NCBI RefSeq assembly: GCF_000142905.1
Contig: NW_013657666.1
Location: 1-31,094 of the forward strand
Source: Thecamonas trahens ATCC 50062
Taxonomy: Eukaryota > Protista > Apusomonadida
DNA length: 31,094 nucleotides
Direction of reading: 5' to 3'
Positions 8,180 through 17,735 of this stretch are shown here, one piece after another; the stretch's first letter is position 1; each line of letters opens with the position of its first letter. The translations under genes and the position numbers were made by a program. The notes under the pieces are model-generated. The model was not told where the DNA came from and searched no databases. It saw only the letters and a list, made by a program, of their open reading frames with translations.

Positions 8180-10687
8180 CTAGGTGAGGAACGGGTTGCG
8201 CGGCCGTGCCACAGGCGCGCTCTCGGGCGCCGGGACACCGAACAACGGAAAGTTGGCCGCCCCAAGAGCGTGTCCGTCGCCGGCGCCAGCGCTCAGCCCG
8301 TCGGTGCTGCCAAAGGTAGCACCGAGGCCAAAGCCACCAAGCGACCAGTCGGGTGCCAGGGACGGTGGCAGAATCGGCGCAGCAAGCGCCGCCGGTGCCA
8401 CCGCCACCGCCTTGGCCCGCGGCGGCGGCGCCCGCCGCACCAGCACCGTCGCACCAGCAAAGAGCGTGCCAGACCGCGCCACCGCCATGTCGACGTCGGC
8501 AATGGAGAAGAACTCCACCATGCCGGTCCCATCCAGCTCCGCTGGGAAGACTGCCTTGAGCTTGCCGTCACGCATGTACGCAATTCGCGAAGACGGAAAG
8601 AGCGACTGCATCGCCGAGCCTGACCGCCCGGCCAGGGGGACACCGGTCACAATCACCGTCGCAGACGCCAGGAACCCGTACTCCTCCACGTCAATGTCCA
8701 GAAAGTTGTCAACTACAGCTGGCGCAGCTCCCGACGCGCTGCTGAAACCGGGCGGGTTAAGCGGTGCGCTGCCTGTCGTTCCCGAGCTCCATGGATCGCC
8801 TGCCGGAGTGCTTGCCCACAGCGAGGCACCAGGCATCGGCAGTGGCGCCAAGCCCGAGAGCGGCGAGACCAGCGCCTGTGACAACTGCGCCTGCACTTCG
8901 GCCTGCTGTTGCCGCAACATCGCGAGCTGCGAGTCCTGAAACGCAGGCTGCCGGCCCGACACCATGTCGCTTCCAAGCGCCAGCCGCCGCCGCGCTCCAC
9001 CAGGCCCGCCGCCCTGGGCCACGCCAACGTGTGGTGCCAGCGGTGAAAGCTCCGGCAGCAGGCTCCGCTGCGAGGCAGCCTTCTCCTCCTCCCGCCGCGA
9101 CTGGTCAACCTGTGCTCGCTGACGCTGACGCTCGTGCTCTCGCGCCTGTTCCCGCTCTTGCTCGCGCTCGCGCGCCTGCTCGTGCTCGACACGCAGCCGC
9201 TCGCGCTTGGCCGCCTCGTTGTGGCTCGCCACCATCTTTCTCAGCATCCGTGTCAGCTCGTGCGTGACAACGGCTTCCTCGAGGTTTTCCACAGCCTCGC
9301 CAGCAACAAGCCGTGTCATCTCGCGGTAGTGCTCGCGCTGGGCAGCCTCGGCAGCCTCGGCGGCCTCGCGCTCACGGATAAGCTCCTCGGCGCGGCGGGC
9401 AATCCGCTCCTTCCGCTCCCGCTCGGCTGCAGCCACGGCGCACGCCTTGAGCTGCTTCGTCGCCATGTTGGTCACCAGCGATGTAGCAATCTCGTCAATG
9501 AGCTCCTCGACCAGCGATTCCGTAACCATACTCGTCTGCAGCGGCTCGAGGCGATTCTTGAACCGGTACCACGCACGCTGCTCTGGACTCATCTGTGCCT
9601 CGCGCAGCGCCTCGGCGGCTTGCTCGGCCTCGGCCTTGATCGATTGCGCCTCAGCCAGGATCGTGCCCTCGCGTGCCCGCCGCGTCGACTCGTCCTCGCT
9701 CGAGCAGAGCGCACGCGCCGCTGCCACCCGCTCGGCCTCGCTCAAGAACCGCTCAAACACGCCGCCGACGTCGCACTCGGCCCGGAGCACGTTCTGTACC
9801 AGTGCGAGCGCCTGGTCGCCCGCCCACGCCGCCTCTAACGTGCTCAGCGTAGCTGTGGTGCGGGGTCTGGGCACCCGCGGTGCCGTCCCGGTGCTTTCAG
9901 ATGAGGTAGCCGCCGTCATCAGCTCCGGATACACCAAGTGTGGTGCAAAGAGGCCCGCCAGGAGCGCCGAGAGCGCATGCGCCGGTGAGCCCGAGTGACG
10001 GGCCCCGCCGTGCGTGGCCGCGTTGGCCAACACAAACGCCCGCACTGCGCTCTCCACGCTCCCGCGATGCTGGGTCCACACATGAAACTTGGCGGCGGCT
10101 CGCGACTCATGAACCGTCCCGTCAATGCTTGCACGGAATGCCTTGTACCTGACCCGGCTCACGCCCTGGTCGAGCACAGCATCGACAACCCTTCCAGCCG
10201 AGACTGCCAGGGGAACGACATCGTCCGCCCCGGCCGCCATCCACACCGAGCCGTCGCCAACACAGGTCTCGGCCGTATCAGCATGGATCCAAGTAAATGC
10301 ATACGGCGCGACCGGGACCGAAGAGCCCGGCCCGTAGAAGACCGACCGACCATCGGGGGGAGCTGTAGCAGCGAGTAGCGGCGGACGCGGGAGCGGGAGC
10401 GGAGCCACGCCCATGGGTGACTCTCCCGGACCTCCATCACCACCGCCACCAGTACCATGCGAGTAGCACGCTGTCAACGTGTCGAGAATGTGGTCTCTGC
10501 ACGCCTCGAGCGGCCTCTCCTTGGCACAGGCATATGCCCGCAAGAGCGCAGCCTCGTCGACGACGGCCGCCGACGGACTCTTTGTATGGACCTCGTTTGT
10601 GCCCACAGCCACACTCTGCTGCTCCTTTCGACCTTGCTCGCTCACCGGTCCACGCTTCCCTCGCTTACGTGCCCGCCTGCGGCCCAT
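8180..10687 (-). CDS. 835-aa protein with long charged coiled coil, degenerate C2H2-like segment and C-terminal RRM-like domain
   Basis: Intact long ORF with basic N-terminus and E/R/A-rich helices. The C-terminal ATVIVTGVP...GTGMVEFFSIADVDMAVARSGTLFAGATVLVRRA is RRM-like. Confidence 0.8.
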   Translation of the reverse strand: MGRRRARKRGKRGPVSEQGRKEQQSVAVGTNEVHTKSPSAAVVDEAALLRAYACAKERPLEACRDHILDTLTACYSHGTGGGGDGGPGESPMGVAPLPLPRPPLLAATAPPDGRSVFYGPGSSVPVAPYAFTWIHADTAETCVGDGSVWMAAGADDVVPLAVSAGRVVDAVLDQGVSRVRYKAFRASIDGTVHESRAAAKFHVWTQHRGSVESAVRAFVLANAATHGGARHSGSPAHALSALLAGLFAPHLVYPELMTAATSSESTGTAPRVPRPRTTATLSTLEAAWAGDQALALVQNVLRAECDVGGVFERFLSEAERVAAARALCSSEDESTRRAREGTILAEAQSIKAEAEQAAEALREAQMSPEQRAWYRFKNRLEPLQTSMVTESLVEELIDEIATSLVTNMATKQLKACAVAAAERERKERIARRAEELIREREAAEAAEAAQREHYREMTRLVAGEAVENLEEAVVTHELTRMLRKMVASHNEAAKRERLRVEHEQAREREQEREQAREHERQRQRAQVDQSRREEEKAASQRSLLPELSPLAPHVGVAQGGGPGGARRRLALGSDMVSGRQPAFQDSQLAMLRQQQAEVQAQLSQALVSPLSGLAPLPMPGASLWASTPAGDPWSSGTTGSAPLNPPGFSSASGAAPAVVDNFLDIDVEEYGFLASATVIVTGVPLAGRSGSAMQSLFPSSRIAYMRDGKLKAVFPAELDGTGMVEFFSIADVDMAVARSGTLFAGATVLVRRAPPPRAKAVAVAPAALAAPILPPSLAPDWSLGGFGLGATFGSTDGLSAGAGDGHALGAANFPLFGVPAPESAPVARPRNPFLT

Positions 10688-10783
10688 GCTTCAAGCCTCT
10701 GCGTCGGGTGTGCCTCTCTGTCTGGTCCCCCTCTGCCTCCTTCCCTTGCTCGGCTGTGATGGCACCGTGTTCCTACTCTTTCG

Positions 10784-10950
10784 CCAACCATGGTTGGTGA
10801 CCCAAGGCACTCCATCGAATAATGCAATAAGAGTCCAACGATTATCTCGCACTGCCTCGCTCAGCGATAAATTTGTCGTTTACCATTGATTGTCTCGCTC
10901 GGCTCTAAATTCAATTAATCCTATGTCACGCCAACGATTATCCCGCCCAA
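10784..10950. promoter_or_regulatory. AT-rich island in a divergent intergenic region, with a 14-bp palindrome and three 16-bp direct repeats at 48-bp period
   Basis: Palindrome CCAACCATGGTTGG at 10784-10797. Repeats CCAACGATTATCTCGC (10835), CCATTGATTGTCTCGC (10883), CCAACGATTATCCCGC (10931). Lies between divergent starts at 10687 (-) and 11024 (+). Confidence 0.55.
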
Positions 10951-11023
10951 CGTTCGCTCCCTCCCACAGCTCCGCCACACATACACACATGCACATACAC
11001 CACTCGCCACCCTCCCCGAGCAC

Positions 11024-11667
11024 ATGCCGCGCCGCAAACGGAGGTCGCGCAGGAGTGCGGCGAACATCTCCACAGAGCCCGAAGAGCTCAAAATGCCCGA
11101 GGCGGCCGTGAGCGTTTCTGAGATCATCCGAGTACGTTGGGAGCAAGTGCGGGGAGGCGGCGAGGCTGTGCGACCACGCTCCATGTCACACTCACATCCA
11201 CGCCCACGCGCGATCGACGGCTGATGGCTATTTGCTGCTTCGCTGTTGCGTGATGGGCTGGCTCTCTGCCGATGGTCGTGCTGCAGTTTCTGTTTCCAAG
11301 CAATGAATGGTTTCCGCACTCGACAGCGCGGCTCTCGCTGCTTGCCGAGTACGGCCCGCTGAAGGGTGGCGTGCTCTGTGGAGGGCCGCAGGGCAAGCAT
11401 AAGGTGTCACAGATGGAGCTTCGGATGATGATCTCGCAAAACGAGCCGCCAGCAGACGATCCTGATGGCCCGCTGCCCAACTACAGCAAGAAGCAGGTCA
11501 TCGCTCTGCTCAGCTCCCTCCCGTCTGCGGTTTTCTCTCGCGCGGGGCGGCTCGTCGCCGTCTCGTTCCATGAGCTACAGGCAGCTGCCATTGCTGACCG
11601 CGAACGCATCGACTTGGCCCGCCGCTCGCCGCTCCGACAGCTGCCAACCGCCGAGCCTGTGCTGTAA
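11024..11667 (+). CDS. Hypothetical protein, 162 aa; exons 11024-11131 and 11287-11667
   Basis: MPRRKRRSRR...SEIIR|FLFPSNEWFPH...PTAEPVL*. Phase-0 intron 11132-11286 (GTACGT...CTGCAG) joins ORFs 11024 and 11272 in frame. Confidence 0.7.
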
Positions 11668-11796
11668 TATGATGACGATGACTCTGGGCCAACCGCCAAG
11701 CCTGTGCTGTAATATGATGACGATGACTCTGGGCCAACCGCCGAGCCTGTGCTGTAATATGATGACGATGACTCTGGGCCAACCGCCGAGCCTGTG
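11643..11796 (+). repeat. 45-bp tandem repeat, ~3.4 copies
   Basis: GCCAACCGCCGAGCCTGTGCTGTAATATGATGACGATGACTCTGG at 11643, 11688 (one substitution) and 11733, plus a partial copy at 11778-11796. Confidence 0.97.
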
Positions 11797-11829
11797 TGTG
11801 CCGAACTGATGGTGAAATACTCGGCTGTG

Positions 11830-14800
11830 CTACAGGTACATCCACTGCTCGTGGTTGTCCATGTACGCCTCGACAGCGGCAAGGCGATCAGCCTGGGTCG
11901 AATACGACGCGACGCCCTCGACGACGTCGGCCGGCGAGCCAAAGAGCGAGCGGACCCGGGCCCGGGCCTCAAACTCAGCGCGCGACATGACGCACGCGTC
12001 GGACGTCCAGAACGTGCCGACCTGCGGGTTGACGCCGAACCGGACCGCAACCGCGCCGAGCACCGCGTCGTCGCTCATATCGCACCAGCGAACCGCGAGC
12101 GCGCGCGCGATGGCCCGCACCGGGATCGGCGGCGGGACCTCGGGAACCGGCGCGTCCCGGTCTTGGGTCACAATGACGAGGCCCTTCTCGCAAAATGCGT
12201 CCGGAATCCCGATGGCGCCGTCGGGCACGCCCAGCGCAAACGCCATCGACGAGAGCGAAAGCTCGAGCCAGTACGTGACGCCGGCATAGACCGCGCCAGA
12301 CCGCCGGACTGCAAGCGCCCATCGCGACGTCATCCGCCGCACTAGCGTCCAATCAGTGAGGACAATGAACAGCAGCAGCAGCGAGGTCGGCGAGTCGAGT
12401 TGATCGCCGGGCCGCAGATTGATAGCGTGGGTGGCAAACATGCTGTGAAGAGTGAGACCGTCGCGAACGGTCGCCTTGTTGAGAGGGCCGTTTGTCTTGG
12501 AGAGCCGGAACGCCGAGATCTCTTCGGCGAGGTCCGAGCAGATAGCCCACGCCAGGAGCGTTGCCTCCATCGGTTGGAGAGTCGCCTCCCACCGCGTCCG
12601 CCCGTCAAACGCGTCTACATCCTGTGCAATCGTGTACAGCTCGTGGTACATGAGTGTCAGCTGCTGGTACGACGGTCGCGCCACTGTGTTGAGCAGATGC
12701 AGCTTGTGAGCGAACGACAGTGACTTGTACAGCGCAAAAAGATTGGCGTTCGAGAAGACACCGGTCCGATGCGTCGTCCCGGGGTCGTGCATCGCGAGCG
12801 CCTCGGTCTCTGAGAGCACCAGCGGGACAATGCCCGAGTTAACCCGTGGCATACCACGCTTGATGACCAACACTCCGAGCTGGTACGCCTTGCGCGGCGC
12901 CATCCCGGTCTTCTTGGCTGGCGCATAGTATTCGTACTCGATGATGAACCGCTCCGCCGGGAACTTGCGCGTGAGCTTAGCCGAGAGCTTGCGTGCTGCG
13001 TCGACCAGGTGCTTCTCTTGGGGAAGAGCGCCGAACAAGTACTTGCGCATGACCGGGATGACGGCCGATGTCGTAGCCGACGCGTCAAAGTGCGCCATCG
13101 TGAGGTGCGGCACTTCCTCCTCGGTGAGGCCGATGAAGAGCGGGAGCCACTCATCGAGGCCAGGCGCGCCGCGAATGTCAAACGAAAAGAGAACCTCGGC
13201 CATTGGAGTGACAATGATAATCTCCGCTGACGGCTGCGGCGCAAGAACCGCAGCAAACTTGGCCATATCGGCTTCAGCGTTGCCGACGCGCTGCGGCGCA
13301 ACAAGCCGAAAGTTGCGGAGTGAGAGCACATCAATCGGCTTCTTGGCCGTTTCAGACTTGTACCACGCAACCACCCGTCCGCGGAGGGTGACAAACAGCG
13401 TCTTGGCATCTTCCTCAAACTCGCCGTCCTTCAGCTTGGACGTCCGGATGCGCGCGACACCATAAAAGTCGGCTGGTGCGTGCGCAGGTGTCGTCTGGGC
13501 CTTGGCCAGCCGTGTCCCGCATCCACCGGTCGCCGACACCGAGCCGTCGTAGGCATCACCGCCCTCGTCGCGCCGTGGGACAGAGACAACCGCCAGATCG
13601 CGGACACTTCGCCGCGCTGCCCGCAACAAAGCCTGTGCGTCCGAGACTGGTGGCGAGTCGGGACTCTCGCCGACAGTGAGTAGCGACGAGTTCGACCCCT
13701 TGCGTGCCGGCGCAAACCGCCGCGAGAACGGCTGGAGCTTGGCCATCCACAGCAGGACTATGTCCTCTGCTGACGCGCCTGGTGGCACAGTCCGTGTGTG
13801 TCCGCTCGGTGTCGCTTCATCTGTCGCCGCTTCGGTCGCGGACCAAAAGTACGTCCGGTCCGGTGTGGCGAGCAGGAACGAATCGCGGGTGCCGCCGGGC
13901 CGGATTTCAAACCGTGCCAGTGGCACAAAGCCCTGTGGCGATGACGAGTTGTCGCTTTTGTAGTAGGTAAGGATGGCTGGTGCATGTGGATGCGGCGGGT
14001 CAACCACGCGGAGGACGCAGAACCGCGCCTTGTAGCCCTTGCCAAACAGTCCTTTTCCGCGCTTCGACAGCGTACCCGCAAACAGACCTGGGTGGGACGC
14101 TGGCACCGTCGTCGGATCACACTCGTCGCCCTGCTGGGTGGGTGGCGGTGCCGATGGCACCGTCTCGGCCGGTGGTGGCGGTGTCGCCGTCTCGGCCGGT
14201 GGTGGCGGTGTCGCCGTCTCGGCCGGTGGTGCCGATGGCACCGTCTCGGCCGGTGGTGCCGATGGCACCGTCTCGGCCGGTGGTGCCGATGGCACCGTCT
14301 CGGCCGGTGGTGCCGAAGGTGTCGTCGCAGCCGGTGGCGCCGATGCCACAGCCTCAGCTGGCGGTACCGATGCCACGGCCTCAGCCGGCGGCGCCGATGC
14401 CCCAGCCTCAGCCGGCGGCACCAACCCCACAGCCTCAGCTGGCGGTACCGACCCCACAGCCTCAGCCGGCGGCGCCGATGCCCCAGCCTCAGCCGGCGGC
14501 ACCAACCCCACAGCCTCAGCTGGCGGTACCGACCCCACAGCCTCAGCCGGCGGCGCCGACCCCATAGTCTCAGCCCCAGCCCCAGCCCCAGCCCCAGCCC
14601 CGGCCCCAACCCCGGCCCCAGCCTCAACCCCGGCCCCAGCCTCAACCCCGGCCCCAGCCCCAGCTCCAGCCGGCGACGTAGTCGCGGCCAGCAACGCGGG
14701 AGACATGGCCTTCTCTCCGCCTCCTGACGGTCCAGCCTCGACGTACTCGGGTGGGGGCGATGCCGGCACAAGGTCGTCATCGTCATCGTCGTCGTCGTCG

Positions 14801-17576
14801 CCAAAGTCCTCGTACTCGTCCATTGTTGACTGCATCACCTCGCTCAGCTCGGCAAAGAGCGGTGCCGGAGGCTCGGGCGGAAGCCCAATCCGCGGACACG
14901 CGTCGCGGATGTACTGGACCCAGGCATCGCGCGACGGCGGCGTGCCCGCGATTCCGTGCTTGGCATGCTCCAACGCCGCGGCCTCGGAGATGTAAAAGTG
15001 GTACGTCCGATCCGGACACACAATCCGAAACTTGGCCGCCCGGTCCACCGTCGGAGTGTCCTTGGCATGCGGGTCGACCTCGAACTCGTCGAGCACATCG
15101 ACCACGTCCGGCAAGTAGATGACTCCTGTCGGGTTGCCCGAGTCAAAGTCCTTGTAGTACGCAAGCGTGTTGACCGCTCGCCGCAGCACAAGGTACCGCA
15201 CCTTGAACGCTGCCCCGCGCGACGCCCCACGCTTCGACACGTACCCGGCAAAGTCCGCCGGTGCCTGCGCCGAGAGCCGGATCGGGCCTGCCGCCGTCGC
15301 CTCGGACACCGCCAATGACGTCGTCGACGCCTCGCCCTTGAAAATGTCGTCCACAGACTCGAATGCGACAATATCTTTCGCCTTTTGGTGGTACACAGCC
15401 CGGTCGTTGGTGAGTGGCATCAGCCGCGGCTCCCACTCCATTGCCGGCGCCGCCCGTACATGTAGAACCGCGTGCCTGAGACACGAAACGCATCAATCAT
15501 CTCTGTTAGCGGCATCGCCAAAAGCGGGTAGTTGTCGCTCCGCTCGCGCGCCTCGTACGGGTTGTTGAGCACAATGACCGTCTTCCCGGCAAAGATCTCC
15601 CCCAGCGACGTTCCCGGTCCGCTCCGTGGCACGTAGTCGAGCGAGAACCCGTGGTAGAGGTTGACGTTCCACACCGCCACTCCCACCCCGCCAAACACCG
15701 CCGCAATCAGCCGCCGCCACGCGTTGACTTCGTCCAGCTCAGAGTGCAAGTTGACCACAAGCAGCACCTCATCCGCTTCGCTGTAGCTGTACGCTTCGGC
15801 GAGCTGGACCTGGAACGGCCGCGTCTGCACAATGCGCCCGCTCATCTTGTCGTTGACGTGGCCCACCGCGAGGTCCACCTGGAACGTCGCCCGCGTGTAG
15901 AGCTTCGTCTCCGGGTTCGTGAACGAGACCATGCCAGCCACGTACGCCACCCCGCCAGGTGCAAGCAAATTGATGTCACGCGTGATGCCAAGTTCAGGGT
16001 TGAAGAACCCGCTCGCGCCAAGACCGTTGGCGTAGTAGTCGCGGAACGTCAGATCCTGCACCTCAACCCCGGGCGACGGTACCAGCCGGATGTATGACTG
16101 CAGGAAGCGCGGAAACTCGAGCGCGTCGACACCAATCGCCAGCGACGACTTGTTCACCACCTGAACCATCAGAATCGCCTCCTCGGACCGGGAAATCGAA
16201 AAGTTGCCCCGGATCTGCGTCACCTCCACCGGATACTCGACACGGAACGATGTGTTCTGATCTGCCACGTGGTCAAACGTCTGGTTGATGCGCGAGACCC
16301 GCGCCTGGTGGTCGAGCACAGCTCGCGCCCGCAGCGCAGGCCCGTGCCGCGGCTCAAACACATCCACAATCTGGATGTGGAGATCGCCAAGTGGATACGT
16401 GGCGCTTGCTGCAGAGAGGTGATGCGAGCAGCCCGGCATGAGCTCGTTCGGAATGACCACCTCGTCCTCGGGCCGGCAGAGAACCCACTCGTTCGAGTTG
16501 ACAAACACCGCAATGTCCTGGTCACGCGGCGTCGGCAGCCCGCCCTCGTTCAGCACCGAGTGGCGGACAAACACGTGCGCCCCAGGCTCCATCACCCCGT
16601 ACCCGTCGCGGTCCATGAGCTCCACGTCATTGACCACCACAAGCTCGTAACGCCACGCCGCCGAAAGCCCCGAGTTCGCCACAGTGATGATAAACGACCC
16701 AGTCCCGCCGTCCGTTCCGGCTGGCCCGTCATGGCCGCTCGGCCCAGGTGGGCCTGACGGGCCTGAGCATCCGCCGGGGTTCGAGTGGTGATGCGTCTGT
16801 GTGACGCCATTGGCGTCTGTCGACGTCGTCGTCCATGAATAGCTCGCCCCACCCGGTCCACCCGGCCCTCCCGAGCCTCCGGACCCGCCGTGACCGCCGG
16901 CGCCGGCATATCCACGCCGGACCAGCGGCGGCCGCTTCAGCAGCATGAGCAAATCTGCATCGCTCAGATCCACCCGTACCCGCATCTGCGATCCGTTACC
17001 GCCGTTACCTCCGCGCCCGCCGTCGCCGCCGCGCCCACCAGCTCCTCCTGGCCCGCCGTTGGTTCCCGACGAGTGCCGCGTCGCGTTACGCCCGGAAGAG
17101 CCCATCGCCCCGTTGCCGCCACGCCCGCCGTCGCCGCCGCGCCCACCATCACCGCCACGTCCCTCCAGAAACAGCGAGGTGTCCGGATGCCCAAGCTCGA
17201 ACGAGTTGTCGACGCTCTCGTGCGCTACCGTTCCGCCAATGGCACCCGCAAACATGGCCGAGCCGACCACCACCCGGTCGCCCGACACCGAGAGCGCCAC
17301 ATCAAGTGCCAGTGCATCGTCTCCATGCTCGCCAGGACTTCCGCGACCTCCTGGCCCCCCGCTGCCGCCACATCCGATGCCTGGCGTGCCTGACGAGCCC
17401 GTCTGTCCATGCCTTCCGTCGGCGCCAGAAGAAATGATTTTGGTGTGGAGGCCGCCCACCGCAGGAGGCTGTCCTCGCGAGTATGTCGCCATGTTTCCCG
17501 CACGCTCAGTCTCTGTCAGCTTGGACGAGACCCCCGTTCGGGGGATGCCCCGTGTCAGCTCAGCTGCCGTCGACAT
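11830..17576 (-). CDS. ~1915-aa protein: Gly-rich collagen/PGRS-like N-terminus, conserved globular region (fungal DUF7932-like as recalled), three PH domains and a Pro/Ala repeat linker; one frameshift at ~15454
   Basis: ORFs 15420..17576 and 11830..15441 overlap. One added G at 15453-15455 gives ...[16 protein letters not shown]... (5747+1 = 1916 codons). PH signatures: FAGYVSKRG...FKVRYLVL...LAYYK; FAGTLSKRG...YKARFCVL...LTYYK...DRTYFW; [14 protein letters not shown]...LDEWL. Confidence 0.82.
14150..14670 (-). repeat. Coding minisatellites: 27-bp PPAE(A/T)VxSx units and AG/AGVE units
   Basis: Repeated GGTGGTGCCGATGGCACCGTCTCGGCC-type and CCCCAG units (as read on the + strand) between PH1 and PH2. 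Confidence 0.9.
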
Positions 17577-17735
17577 GTTGTCCCAGAGCGAAACGCGGCT
17601 GCCTTCTCGCTGCTTCTAAAGTGGAGTAGCCCACCGCCCGCTTACGCCTCTCCCCACCACACCCCTATTTTTGCGGCGTGTGGAAAACAACGTTGTTTTA
17701 CTCCCGTCGGCGACCACGGAAGCTACAATCCACCT

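Noticed and set aside
10835-10946. True CRISPR mini-array
   Set aside because: Repeats are only 16 bp and degenerate, with three copies and no cas genes. Kept as a phased motif array instead.
11643-11796. CRISPR array
   Set aside because: Units are contiguous with no unique spacers, there are no cas genes, and the context is eukaryotic.
11759-11810. Box C/D snoRNA (ATGATGA...CTGA)
   Set aside because: Only ~50 nt, no terminal stem, and the C-box-like word is simply part of the tandem repeat.
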